Program-made: the position numbers and the translations under genes | Notes under the pieces: model-generated | Databases searched by the model: none | What the model was told of the DNA's origin: nothing | Seen by the model: only the letters and a program-made list of their open reading frames with translations | Virus record (IMG/VR): IMGVR_UViG_3300037484_001104 | Span: 1-31,115 of that record | Reading direction: 5' to 3' (one strand) | Source of the DNA: a virus | Lineage: Duplodnaviria; Caudoviricetes | Length of the DNA: 31,115 nucleotides | In this document: piece after piece, positions 14,090 to 23,854 of the stretch | How positions within the stretch are numbered: the first letter of the stretch is position 1 | How the letters are laid out: each line of letters opens with the position of its first letter

Positions 14090-16081
14090 ATGGCAAAAAT
14101 CTTCGGGCGAGAAATCCGAGTCCGCAACCCCTTCCGCGCAGCCATCGACCAGGCCGTCGAAGAACGCGTAAAGGCACGGCTCTCGAGCATGGCCGAGACT
14201 GACGATACCATCATCATCGGCACACGCACCGGGCGGGACATCTTCCGCGACCGCAACAATTGGGACCGTGCCACCATTATCAGCGAGACCTTACTCGCCT
14301 GGAGAACCAACCCGATCGCGCGGCGGATCACAGACGCCATCGTCGAATTCGTAGTAGGCGACGGCATGGCCCCGACTATCCCGCACAAGCCTACCGCCGC
14401 TTATGTTAAAGAATTCTGGGAGCATCCACTCAATAACCTGAATGAGCAAATCCCCGAATGGGTAGCCGAACAATCACGCACCGGCGACCTGTTTCTACTG
14501 TGCAGCGTGGACGCCATGGACGGGTCGATGTTCGCGCGCGCCGTGCCATCCGAACAGATCAGCGAGATACAGACCTTCGATAACGACTACCGCCAGGAAA
14601 CAGCCTACATCCAGCAGGACATCAACGCATCGCCATACGTAGCTTACGACCCACTCGACCCCGAGCAGACCCAGTTCATGTTGCACCACCCGATCAACAG
14701 GGTGGTCGGCTCGACCTTCGGTGAAGCCGACCTGACACCCGTCCTGAAATGGCTGGGTAGGCTGTCCACCTTGCTCAACGACCGGGTCATTATGAACCAC
14801 CTGCGCAACCTGATCGTGTACATCGTCAAGGTCAAAGGACTGGAAAAAAAACAGCGCGAGTTGCGCGAGCGCGAGCTCAACGCCAACCCACCCCAACCAG
14901 GTGCTATCGTCGTAAACGACGAGAGCGAAGTATGGGGCACGCTCTCCCCAAACATGCAATCCTTCGACGCCAATATGGACATCATTGCCATCAAGAAGCA
15001 CATTGCCGCAGGCATCGGGCTACCCTTGCACTACATCGCCGAGCCGGAGTCCAGCACGCGCACCACAGCGGAGGCGGCGGGCACGCCCACATTCCGCAAG
15101 TTCAAGATGCGCCAGAACAGCGTCAAACGGGCGCTGGCCTACCTATGCACCATCGCCGTGGTCAAGCGCAACCACTTCAGCAAGAAGCGCTTCCAAGCGG
15201 CCGGTATCGCCATCCGCGCCGATGACGTGACCGAGCGTGACAACTCCACGCTGGCCCTGGCCGCCGCCCGGATCGAGCCAGTCCTGGCCGACCTGTTCGA
15301 CAGGATGATGATCGACGAGCCGACCTACCTGCTTCTGTTCTACGAGATGCTGGGCAAAGATTACGACACGGACGGCACGCAGCCTAAAGGCATCCGGCGC
15401 AAAGTAAAAGAGCCGGAAGGCACAACCGGCGAACCAGATCCGGGTGAACCGGATGATACCAACACCGAGGAGAGCCAGAACGCCGCGCCGACGTTCAACA
15501 TCACACAACCGGCGATCCAGGTCCACATGCCCAAACAGGCCGCACCGGTTATCAACATCAAGAACCAGATCCCAGAGCAAAACGCGCCGGTCGTGAACGT
15601 CACCAATCAAATCCCGGAGCAGACCGCGCCGGTTGTCAACGTGACGAACCAGGTCGAGACCCCGGAAGTCACAGTACAAAACAACATCCCCCAGCAGGCT
15701 GCGCCTGTGGTGAATGTAACGAACGAAGTCGAGACACCAGAAGTCAACATCACGAACCAAGTCGAGACACCGGACGTGCATGTCACGAACCAGGTCCCCG
15801 AGCAGGCTGCGCCTGTCGTAAACGTCACCAACCAGGTCGAAACGCCGGAAGTCAATGTCACGAACCAAGTCGAGACACCGGACGTGCATGTCACGAACCA
15901 GGTCCCCGAGCAGGCTGCGCCTGTCGTGAACGTCCAAGTCGAAGCGCCAGAAGTGAACGTGACAAACCAGGTTCCTAAGCAGGCCACACCTATCGTGAAT
16001 GTGGTTAACCAGGTCGAGCCAGCGCCGCCACAAGCGCTGGACGTTGAATACGTCAAGCCGAAAAGGAAAGGCAAGAAATAA
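14090..16081 (+). CDS. Portal protein with repetitive C-terminal extension
   Basis: Follows terL; NPIARRI...FVVGDG, GDLF, IAAGIGLP.HY patterns. Confidence 0.85.
   Translation: MAKIFGREIRVRNPFRAAIDQAVEERVKARLSSMAETDDTIIIGTRTGRDIFRDRNNWDRATIISETLLAWRTNPIARRITDAIVEFVVGDGMAPTIPHKPTAAYVKEFWEHPLNNLNEQIPEWVAEQSRTGDLFLLCSVDAMDGSMFARAVPSEQISEIQTFDNDYRQETAYIQQDINASPYVAYDPLDPEQTQFMLHHPINRVVGSTFGEADLTPVLKWLGRLSTLLNDRVIMNHLRNLIVYIVKVKGLEKKQRELRERELNANPPQPGAIVVNDESEVWGTLSPNMQSFDANMDIIAIKKHIAAGIGLPLHYIAEPESSTRTTAEAAGTPTFRKFKMRQNSVKRALAYLCTIAVVKRNHFSKKRFQAAGIAIRADDVTERDNSTLALAAARIEPVLADLFDRMMIDEPTYLLLFYEMLGKDYDTDGTQPKGIRRKVKEPEGTTGEPDPGEPDDTNTEESQNAAPTFNITQPAIQVHMPKQAAPVINIKNQIPEQNAPVVNVTNQIPEQTAPVVNVTNQVETPEVTVQNNIPQQAAPVVNVTNEVETPEVNITNQVETPDVHVTNQVPEQAAPVVNVTNQVETPEVNVTNQVETPDVHVTNQVPEQAAPVVNVQVEAPEVNVTNQVPKQATPIVNVVNQVEPAPPQALDVEYVKPKRKGKK
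15488..16015 (+). repeat. About 15 P-x-V-N-V-T-N-Q coding repeats in the portal C-terminus
   Basis: Visible in the translation; near-exact DNA duplication at a 108-bp offset (15751 vs 15859). Confidence 0.9.
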
Positions 16082-16082
16082 C

Positions 16083-16349
16083 ATGCCACTCCGTGAAGTC
16101 GTAGCCGTCCGCAACCCCGAAGACGGGACCCCACTCGTTATGAAACTGGAAAACGAAGAGCAGATCGTTTCCCAGCTTGAAGCCATGAACGGGCTGATTC
16201 CCGTGGCCTACGACCACGTAACCCTATCCTACACCGGCGACCACCTCACACAAGCCACCTTCAAAGCAGGCGGACCCAACGGCCAGGTGGTCGCCACCTT
16301 GATCCTGACCTACACAGCCAACCGGCTGACGAGTGTAACGCGCACATGA
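16083..16349 (+). CDS. Small beta-rich virion-associated protein
   Basis: ATG 2 nt after the portal stop; ATGA overlap with the fibre gene. Confidence 0.65.
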   Translation: MPLREVVAVRNPEDGTPLVMKLENEEQIVSQLEAMNGLIPVAYDHVTLSYTGDHLTQATFKAGGPNGQVVATLILTYTANRLTSVTRT

Positions 16350-17881
16350 AAGTCATCTTCAACCCACTCTCCAACCAGTTCGAAATGGTCACGGACACGA
16401 AAGAGATCCGCACCGTAGTCATGGACGTGCTGCGAGATGTGCCGCTCGGCGGCGGGGGAGGCGGCTTACAAGATGCGCCGAGCAACGGCTCGCTGTATGG
16501 CCGACAGGATGGAGTCTGGACAGTCGTACCGGAAGGAGTCACAGATCACGCGCTTCTTTCCAACCTGGACTATGCCAGCGCCGCGCACACCGGCTTCCAA
16601 GAGACACTTACCTTCCCGCTCGCCGCCAACCTGGGTGGGACGGGCATTGCCAATCTAGCAGGTTCTACGCTCACGCTGGGCGCGGCAACCAGCATCACGG
16701 GCGGGGGAATTGTGGCGCTTGGCGGCTTTACGTTGACTGTACCGGCTACGGGGACGGCGGCGTTGCTGGCGACGGCGAATGTGTTTACGGCTATTCAAAA
16801 AATAAATGTCAACTCAACTGTTGCTTTATTGGTAGAACAAGATGGCGTAAAAGATAATGTTTTAGTAGTTGATACAACTAGTGGCAGAGTGGGAATAAAC
16901 GTAATACCGACCTTGCCTTTGCAAATTGCAGGGGCATCGACATCATCAGTTGTTTATATTGCGGGAACGTCAACAGTCAATTCATATGCGTATGGCAATC
17001 GACTGGATACGACAGTCACTTCGGCAACTCAACACGCCTACGGGTGGTATCAAAATGCGACAGTTGCACCAGCCAGCGGGAAAACAGGAACAAATTTTGC
17101 CGTACAAGGAACAATCTCAACCGCCGCCGGTACAGTTGACAATGTTCAATTTTTAATTGGCAATGTGACTAAAGCGGGCGCGGGGACTCTCAATAATAAT
17201 TATGGGTTACAGATTTTCAATCAAACGTCAGGGGCTAATAATTATGCCATTTCCGCCGGAAAAGGGTTAAGCGTGCTCGGAGATCAGCTATCCATTTCTG
17301 GCTGGCAGGATGTGAACCAGTTGATTGTTACCGGCTTCACTACGCAAACTTTACCGCTTGCTCATCTAATCGACAACACCGGAACCACAAATGCAATCCG
17401 AAACGTCCTGCAACTCGAAGCCCGAAGCACAGGCACGGCGGCGGCTGGCTTTGGCGTGGGGTTGCCGTTCCTTGCAGAGACGGCCACAGATGCGACGTAC
17501 CAGCAGCAGGGGCTAATCAGTACCAGTTGGATAGATGCTACGAATGCAACCCGCAAAGCGAAGATGAGCCTGAGCGCATACGATACGGCGGCGCGGTTGG
17601 GTATCGAAATTGAGGCAGATGGGAGCGCGGCCAAGCTGGGATTTTATGGAGTCGCAACTGTTGTTCGTCCTACCGCATTGACAACCCAACTAACCACCAT
17701 CACGCACACGGCCCCAACCCCGGACTATGCCATTCAGGATTTTGTAGACGTTTCGCTCGGCACGGGCTGGGCGTTTGCCAGTCATGACGAAGCCAACACA
17801 ACGTTATCCGTTATCGCAAATTTACAAACTCGCGTGAGCGAGATTGAGACGAAATTGCAGGCATTGGGCCTGCTGACATAA
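16346..17881 (+). CDS. Fibre/spike (receptor-binding-like) protein
   Basis: G/T/A-rich beta repeats, DAPSNGSLYGRQDG and GRVGIN motifs, C-terminal coiled coil; mosaic GC content. Confidence 0.7.
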   Translation: MKVIFNPLSNQFEMVTDTKEIRTVVMDVLRDVPLGGGGGGLQDAPSNGSLYGRQDGVWTVVPEGVTDHALLSNLDYASAAHTGFQETLTFPLAANLGGTGIANLAGSTLTLGAATSITGGGIVALGGFTLTVPATGTAALLATANVFTAIQKINVNSTVALLVEQDGVKDNVLVVDTTSGRVGINVIPTLPLQIAGASTSSVVYIAGTSTVNSYAYGNRLDTTVTSATQHAYGWYQNATVAPASGKTGTNFAVQGTISTAAGTVDNVQFLIGNVTKAGAGTLNNNYGLQIFNQTSGANNYAISAGKGLSVLGDQLSISGWQDVNQLIVTGFTTQTLPLAHLIDNTGTTNAIRNVLQLEARSTGTAAAGFGVGLPFLAETATDATYQQQGLISTSWIDATNATRKAKMSLSAYDTAARLGIEIEADGSAAKLGFYGVATVVRPTALTTQLTTITHTAPTPDYAIQDFVDVSLGTGWAFASHDEANTTLSVIANLQTRVSEIETKLQALGLLT

Positions 17882-17892
17882 GGAGATTTGAC

Positions 17893-18195
17893 ATGGCAGA
17901 GCAAGCACAAAAACTAGCATTTACGCAACACGTCCAGAACTTAGCCAACGAATTGGCATCGTTTCAGGACAGATGGACAGACGCCTTCAACGTGCAGACC
18001 GCGCGCGAATGGGACCCGGGCGGAGACGATCCGATCACCGATGAAGATATAACCAGTGCAAACATTACCGCCGCGCAGCTCAATTCGTTCCTGTCCACCC
18101 TGCGGACGCGCTTTGTTTCCCTGATGAGCGGACAAACTGTTTCCGGCGTGGTGGCTGGCCGTTCTGTGACCGATACGATCCGCAGCGATTTATAG
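17893..18195 (+). CDS. Hypothetical protein
   Basis: AAGGAG RBS. Confidence 0.75.
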   Translation: MAEQAQKLAFTQHVQNLANELASFQDRWTDAFNVQTAREWDPGGDDPITDEDITSANITAAQLNSFLSTLRTRFVSLMSGQTVSGVVAGRSVTDTIRSDL

Positions 18196-18414
18196 ATGAA
18201 AACAAAAACCATCGCGCCCCCAAACGGGACCGAGAAGACCGTCAAGAAACCGAACCTGAAAGCGCTCATCGAGCAGGAACGTAAAGAGCGTATCGAACGC
18301 TGCTCGAAGCGCATCGAGCAGGTCCTTACCGAAGAAAACTGTACACTGGACGCAACTGTGATCATCTCCGCGCGCGACATAATCGCGCAGATCCAGATCC
18401 TTTCGAAGGAGTGA
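18196..18414 (+). CDS. Hypothetical protein
   Basis: Abuts the previous stop codon. Confidence 0.65.
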   Translation: MKTKTIAPPNGTEKTVKKPNLKALIEQERKERIERCSKRIEQVLTEENCTLDATVIISARDIIAQIQILSKE

Positions 18415-18614
18415 AAGTGAAGTTCACCGCAAAAACAAAGTCCGTCAAAGCCGACCTTGCCAAAGGCACAATCAGCATCTCGTTCGAGATCGACCTGACA
18501 GACGGCACAACCAAAGAAGCCAGTGAACTGGCCTTCTATACCGACAGAGATTCCGGCCTGGTTGACTTGCTCATCACACCACGCCAGCAACACATGTTCA
18601 CGGAGGAAGAATGA
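18411..18614 (+). CDS. Hypothetical protein
   Basis: AAGGAG RBS; GTG start at 18411 or 18417. Confidence 0.65.
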   Translation: MKVKFTAKTKSVKADLAKGTISISFEIDLTDGTTKEASELAFYTDRDSGLVDLLITPRQQHMFTEEE

Positions 18615-18976
18615 CCTATCGCGTAATCCACACCGCCCCTTACTACGCCAGCCCAGGCGAATCCAACCGGGACGACATCCCCGCCGGCACCATCGTCGAA
18701 ATCGTCGGTACTTCAGAAGAATGGTCGCAGATCAGTGGCCGCGACCCAAACCCATGGCGCGGGAAATGGCTGCGCACGTTCTACCTGGAAGAAGTGATCG
18801 AGGGCGAAGAACCGGAGCCAGAGCCGGAGCCGGAGCCACAACCAGAACCCGCGCCTTACTTCATCCTGGAAGAACCGAGCGGCGCGCGCACGCGCTACCT
18901 GCTCGCGCCCGTTGGCTTCCAAGCGAGCGCCTTACAGCGTTTCATGAACTTCTTCAAAGGCGTCTTCCGTGCGTAA
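18611..18976 (+). CDS. SH3-like domain protein with EP-repeat linker
   Basis: IPAGTIVEI...W....GKWL...YL followed by EPEPEPEPEPQPEP. Confidence 0.6.
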   Translation: MTYRVIHTAPYYASPGESNRDDIPAGTIVEIVGTSEEWSQISGRDPNPWRGKWLRTFYLEEVIEGEEPEPEPEPEPQPEPAPYFILEEPSGARTRYLLAPVGFQASALQRFMNFFKGVFRA

Positions 18977-19853
18977 GATCATCTTGCCCAACGACCTAAC
19001 CTACATCGAAGCCGGAGAAGAACCAACCTTCGACCCAGCCTACGGCGTGACCCAATACATCGGCGACCCGCACCGCTTCGCGCGCGCGCGGCACGATTCC
19101 CCATCACGCACCCATAGCGAGAAGATCAAACTCGGCGAGACCAACGAGACGATCGTCATCCGGCCGGTGGTCGACGGCAAGCCGCGCCGCACCAGCCAGA
19201 TCGTCGTCAGCCTGGCCCAGCGCCCGGAATGGGTCGAACAGTTCAAGCGGATGCTCGGACCGTTCATGTGGGACCTATTCCACCAACCCAAGTTCGGCTA
19301 CTTCGACGGCAATCACGGATTGACCGGCGAGATCCATACCGTGCTTCGCAATGGCGGCGACCTGTTCAGGGTCAACAGAACACAAGGCGGATTCGCGCTT
19401 CTCACGTACCAGGACTTCCACAGCGAGCCAGACCCCACTATCAACGCCTGGAACCGTCCAGATATCGTCTCCGTGCAGGGCCTGGTCGGTCACACCAAAG
19501 AGCGTGACTACTGGAAGCGCCACCCCAAACACGGCCATCTGGAATGGCCGTTCGTGAGCAAACTCGAAACAGCCATCGAACTTAACAAACTCGAATTCTT
19601 TCCCGAACTCCCACACAAAGGCACATTACACGGGAAGCCGGTCTTAGTAGAAGCCTACGGCTTCACCGGCCCGCGCGTCTTCGGCTTGATCGAGGGCGCT
19701 TGGAAACTGCTCGAAGAAATGCTGATCATCGACCACATCCCCGGCTGGCCACGCGCCGGGTCGGACGCCGACCGGCGTGTCTACATCAAGCCATGGATTA
19801 CGACCTGGCCGCCTGCCTGGTGCAACTGGACAAGGGGACTCAACCATGCCTAA
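18969..19853 (+). CDS. Hypothetical protein, 294 aa
   Basis: Long ORF with genome-typical codon usage; no motif recognised. Confidence 0.75.
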   Translation: MRKIILPNDLTYIEAGEEPTFDPAYGVTQYIGDPHRFARARHDSPSRTHSEKIKLGETNETIVIRPVVDGKPRRTSQIVVSLAQRPEWVEQFKRMLGPFMWDLFHQPKFGYFDGNHGLTGEIHTVLRNGGDLFRVNRTQGGFALLTYQDFHSEPDPTINAWNRPDIVSVQGLVGHTKERDYWKRHPKHGHLEWPFVSKLETAIELNKLEFFPELPHKGTLHGKPVLVEAYGFTGPRVFGLIEGAWKLLEEMLIIDHIPGWPRAGSDADRRVYIKPWITTWPPAWCNWTRGLNHA

Positions 19854-20238
19854 AGGACCCTTCGACCCAAAAGGCGGATTGATCGGCAGGCTTTTCACCA
19901 TACATCCGGTCGAGCGTGAGACCCGCGTCCGTGGCCGCCACACCGTATTTATCAGCGAAGAAGTTGGATTCCGTGATCTCGGCGCAACACGCGGGTGCGC
20001 CGACTACATGGCCGAGTTCTCCACCTACACCACCTTTGCGGCAAAGCCAAATGAAATGCAAACAGAGACCGCGCCAGGTGAATTCAACGAAGCTGAATTC
20101 CTGGACTGCCCCGACCCGTTCGCAATCCTATTACCAAGCACAGCCCCCACAGCCCCGCCCCCGCCATTCTACGGCTTCCCTTATAACCCAGGAGAACCAC
20201 TTCCCACGGAGCCACAAGGCCCAGGACAACAGGAGTAA
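19846..20238 (+). CDS. Hypothetical protein with Pro-rich C-terminus
   Basis: AAGGGG RBS before ATG 19846. Confidence 0.65.
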   Translation: MPKGPFDPKGGLIGRLFTIHPVERETRVRGRHTVFISEEVGFRDLGATRGCADYMAEFSTYTTFAAKPNEMQTETAPGEFNEAEFLDCPDPFAILLPSTAPTAPPPPFYGFPYNPGEPLPTEPQGPGQQE

Positions 20239-20241
20239 CCC

Positions 20242-22458
20242 ATGAAAGTAAAGAAAGCCCCACCCCCAATTTTTAGCTCCGCCTACGTCTTCGAACTGGC
20301 CGTAACCGACCGCGCCGAAACCTTACGCAAGATCGAGAGCGGCGAACTGGAATTCATCGAGTTCGACGCAGCGGTCTTCCAACATGACAAGCCTAATAAG
20401 AACGGCTTCTTATTCGAAGCCGACTGGAAGAAATTCGCTGAGTCCTTCGAAGGCCAGCCGTTTGTCAAAGACCACAAGGAAAGCCTGGACGCGCTATTCG
20501 GGTCCATCCTACATTCCTGGCTGGACGGCCCACGCTTCAAGCACACAGTGCGACTTACCACCCGCGAAGCCATGACCGCCTACGCCGAAGGCAAGATCCA
20601 ACGTTTTTCAATCTCTTGGTTCTACGACATGGTCAAATGTTCCATTTGCCGCAATGACTTCTTTTCTCCTGATTGCATCCACTGGCCCGGACGGAAGTAC
20701 GAAGTCGACGGCCACCAAACAGTAATGCAACTCATCTTTGTCAACCCCACTGGCCGCCACACCGCCGCAGTCGTCGTCCCAGCATCCGAGGGCACCGAAG
20801 TCCTGGCCGCGCTATCGGCCTATAAATCTGAAATCAACGGCGATTCCGCCGATGATCTAAACGCGGGGCTAGACGCGTCCCAACCCATTACCGTACTGAA
20901 AGGAGTACACATGGACCCGAAAGATAGCACCACCCAAACGGGCGCGGGCGCGTCCAACACCCAGCCCGACGACATGCAAGAAGCCGAGCAGCTTGGCTCA
21001 CTCATCCGAGCCAACCGCGACGCCGCAGCCCAACTCTTAGGCGAGACCGAACGCATCGCCCGGCTCGAAGCGCAGGCGCAGGAGTCCGAAGAAATCCTGA
21101 TTGCAACCTGCGAAAACCTGCTATATTCCGCGCTCAATAATTCCCGCCTGCCAGACCTGACCCGCGCGCGGATCGAGAAGCAATTCAAGGGCCGCAGGTT
21201 CCAGGCCAACGAGTTACACGCAGCCATCGAAGGCGCAAAGATGGAAATCGCCGCCATCTCCAACCGGCTCACTATCAGCGGGCCAGGACGCAGCACGCAG
21301 ATGTTCAGCAGTGACGACCAGGTGCGCGCCGCAGCCTTCGACTTGTTCGCAGCAGACCGCGACCCCGGCACCGAAGCCCTGAAAGTCCACAAACTCAACG
21401 GCATCAAAGAGTTGTACTTGATGCTCACGGGCGACCATGAGTTTACCGGCAACGTAGACTACGACCTGATCATGGCCGGGCTCGCCACCACCACCAACTT
21501 CCCCGGCATCGTCAAGGACTCCATGAACAAGAAGCTGGTCAAGAGTTGGGACGAGTTCGCCATGGCCGACTATGGCTGGTGGCAGGAAATCGTCACCGAG
21601 GAACATTTCAGCGATTTGAACCAGGTCGATTGGGTCATCACCGGCACCATCGGCAGCCTGCCAGTCGTAGCCGAACGCGCAGAGTACACCATCCTGCCCA
21701 TCGGCGACAACGTCGAGACGTCCGACTGGACCAAGTACGGCGGGTACGTTCCGCTGACTTTGGAGGCCATCCTGCGCGACAACCTGCAAGCCTTCAAAGC
21801 CTTCCCGCGCGAGCTCGCGCTGGCCGGGATGCGCAACATCTCCGAGCAGGTTGCAGCGATCTTCACCAGCAATAGCGCAGTCGGCCCAACCCTGGCAGAC
21901 GGCGGGGCGCTCTTCAACTCGACCGCAGTCACGACCACGGGCGGCCATGCCAACCTGCTGACCACAGCCTTAGGGACGGATTACACCGCCTGGAAGGCCA
22001 TCGCCAAGGCGATGTACAACCAACCCCTCCACGTGGCCGCCACCATCGAGGGAACTAGCTATCTCGGCACCGGCAAGAAACAGGCCGTACGCCCGCGCTT
22101 CGCGCTGCTTCCTATCGACCTGTCAGACCAGGCCGATTCTCTCTTCCTGGAACGCTGGGCCGCCAACGTCGAAGCCATCCCCACCTCGGGCGGACGCACC
22201 TACATGGGCAAAGTCAAACCCCTGACCGTGCCCGAATTCACCGACGCGACAGACTTCGCCGCGGTCGCAGACCCGAAACTTGTACCGGGCGTCATGCTCG
22301 GCGAGATCTTCGGCGTCAAGCCACAGATCTTCATCGCTGGCCGGGAAAACGATCCGGCCATGTTCATGAACGACGAGAGCCGCTTGAAAGTGCGGCAGTT
22401 CCTGGTCGTAGGCGTGAGCAACTATCGCGGCCTGCATAAGTCCAACGTCGCAGGCTAA
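20242..22458 (+). CDS. Prohead protease-scaffold-major capsid fusion (HK97 fold, Mu gpT-like)
   Basis: N-terminal NKNG...KDH...FSISW...CSIC...CIH protease-like domain; coiled coil; capsid motifs KYGGYVPLTLEAILRDNL, DGGALF..H.N, KVRQFLVVGVSNYRG. Confidence 0.88.
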   Translation: MKVKKAPPPIFSSAYVFELAVTDRAETLRKIESGELEFIEFDAAVFQHDKPNKNGFLFEADWKKFAESFEGQPFVKDHKESLDALFGSILHSWLDGPRFKHTVRLTTREAMTAYAEGKIQRFSISWFYDMVKCSICRNDFFSPDCIHWPGRKYEVDGHQTVMQLIFVNPTGRHTAAVVVPASEGTEVLAALSAYKSEINGDSADDLNAGLDASQPITVLKGVHMDPKDSTTQTGAGASNTQPDDMQEAEQLGSLIRANRDAAAQLLGETERIARLEAQAQESEEILIATCENLLYSALNNSRLPDLTRARIEKQFKGRRFQANELHAAIEGAKMEIAAISNRLTISGPGRSTQMFSSDDQVRAAAFDLFAADRDPGTEALKVHKLNGIKELYLMLTGDHEFTGNVDYDLIMAGLATTTNFPGIVKDSMNKKLVKSWDEFAMADYGWWQEIVTEEHFSDLNQVDWVITGTIGSLPVVAERAEYTILPIGDNVETSDWTKYGGYVPLTLEAILRDNLQAFKAFPRELALAGMRNISEQVAAIFTSNSAVGPTLADGGALFNSTAVTTTGGHANLLTTALGTDYTAWKAIAKAMYNQPLHVAATIEGTSYLGTGKKQAVRPRFALLPIDLSDQADSLFLERWAANVEAIPTSGGRTYMGKVKPLTVPEFTDATDFAAVADPKLVPGVMLGEIFGVKPQIFIAGRENDPAMFMNDESRLKVRQFLVVGVSNYRGLHKSNVAG

Positions 22459-22529
22459 GAACTTTTGTATTCACCCCTGGGGTGAACAACCCCAGGGGAT
22501 CAATTCAATCCCTATAAGGAGACCAAGCC

Positions 22530-23036
22530 ATGGGATTCACCCACAATACCCACATGAGCCAGTACATCCCGCCAACCGCATTTCATTGCGTCACCGGGAC
22601 ATGGACGGATGCAGCCGGGAACGTAGCCGGGACCATCGTCAAGCAAAAATCCGCAGCCGCAGAAACCGCAGTCGTCAACATCCCGATCGTACTTCCATCA
22701 AACAGCCAGGACCAGGCAGGCTCGTTACTCAAATCCATCGAAACCGACTACGAGATATTGACTGCTGCGGCAACCAGCATCACCGCCGTCCTCAATAAGG
22801 TCACACGGGGCGCAGACGGGGCCGTCGCAGTCGTAGCAGTCAAGACGGCCACCCAGGACCTGGCAGCCGCCACCGACGCCGCCGACGTAGACCAGCACAA
22901 GCTCACCGTTACGGTGACCACGCCAGAATACATCGACAACGATGAGTATTTCTTGCTCGAATTGACTTGTGTCTGTGCTCTGACAACCGTCCTGGAGTTC
23001 CTGGGAGCCGTTGCTAACTACACTGTGAAGCAGTAG
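22530..23036 (+). CDS. Beta-rich structural protein, paralog 1 (possible capsid decoration)
   Basis: Follows the capsid gene; AAGGAG RBS; clear paralog of the next gene. Confidence 0.7.
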   Translation: MGFTHNTHMSQYIPPTAFHCVTGTWTDAAGNVAGTIVKQKSAAAETAVVNIPIVLPSNSQDQAGSLLKSIETDYEILTAAATSITAVLNKVTRGADGAVAVVAVKTATQDLAAATDAADVDQHKLTVTVTTPEYIDNDEYFLLELTCVCALTTVLEFLGAVANYTVKQ

Positions 23037-23045
23037 GAGGCCAGC

Positions 23046-23561
23046 ATGGGATACACACACAATACCCACATGAGCCAGTACATCCCGCCGACCTTGTTCC
23101 ATTGCGTCACCGGGACATGGACGCTGGCAGCCGGGCAAGTCGCCGGGACCATCGTCAAGACGGTCAACGACGCCAACCAGACCAGCGTAATCAACATCCC
23201 GATTCTCATCCCGTCCAACAGCGTAAACCAGCAAGGCTCGAAACTCAAGTCAATCGAGATCGACTTCGAAATCACCGGCGCAGCGCTTACAGCCCTGGCT
23301 GCCGTGGTCAACAAAGTGACTCGCGGCGCGGACGGAGCCGTCGCAGTCGTGGCAGCGCAGACATTCACCTATGACAGCGGGCACGATGCAGCCGGGGAGC
23401 GCGTAGATGTAGCCCAACACAAGATGACGCTCAACATCACCACACCCTTTTGGGTGGACAATGATGTCTACGTGCTAGTCGAACTCACCTGCGACCAGGC
23501 CGGGGACACCGGCGTGATCGAACTACTGGGCGCAGTAGCCAATTTCGACCTGAGAGAGTAG
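23046..23561 (+). CDS. Beta-rich structural protein, paralog 2 (possible capsid decoration)
   Basis: Shares THNTHMSQYIPPT.FHCVTGTWT and NKVTRGADGAVAVVA with paralog 1. Confidence 0.7.
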   Translation: MGYTHNTHMSQYIPPTLFHCVTGTWTLAAGQVAGTIVKTVNDANQTSVINIPILIPSNSVNQQGSKLKSIEIDFEITGAALTALAAVVNKVTRGADGAVAVVAAQTFTYDSGHDAAGERVDVAQHKMTLNITTPFWVDNDVYVLVELTCDQAGDTGVIELLGAVANFDLRE

Positions 23562-23563
23562 AG

Positions 23564-23851
23564 ATGGACGCCAAAACCAAAGCCATGGCCGAGCGGGCCA
23601 TCGCCAAAGAAACCCCGCTCAAAGGTTACAAACTGGGCGTCTTGAATGCAGGCATCCGGGAGGACAGCAACGAGCTCGTTGTCATCCTTCTGGACGGGCG
23701 CAAGATAGTATACCCGCTCGCCCCGCCCAAAGGCGGGCCGAACATGAAAGCCAAGCCCGACCCGCTGGCAAAGATGGCCGAAGACTTTACCAAGGCACCC
23801 CCAGCTCGCACCGCCAGAAATCGCGGTAGCAGATCCAAAAAGGAGAACTAA
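23564..23851 (+). CDS. Hypothetical basic protein
   Basis: Operon spacing. Confidence 0.65.
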   Translation: MDAKTKAMAERAIAKETPLKGYKLGVLNAGIREDSNELVVILLDGRKIVYPLAPPKGGPNMKAKPDPLAKMAEDFTKAPPARTARNRGSRSKKEN

Positions 23852-23854
23852 CTC

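Noticed and set aside
15143-16186. Long minus-strand ORFs (347 aa here, others opposite terL and the capsid gene)
   Set aside because: Antisense shadows of GC-rich or repetitive plus-strand genes, with no RBS or recognisable motifs
22530-23561. Near-identical blocks as a DGR template/variable pair
   Set aside because: Both are intact genes with their own RBS, and the differences are not restricted to adenines
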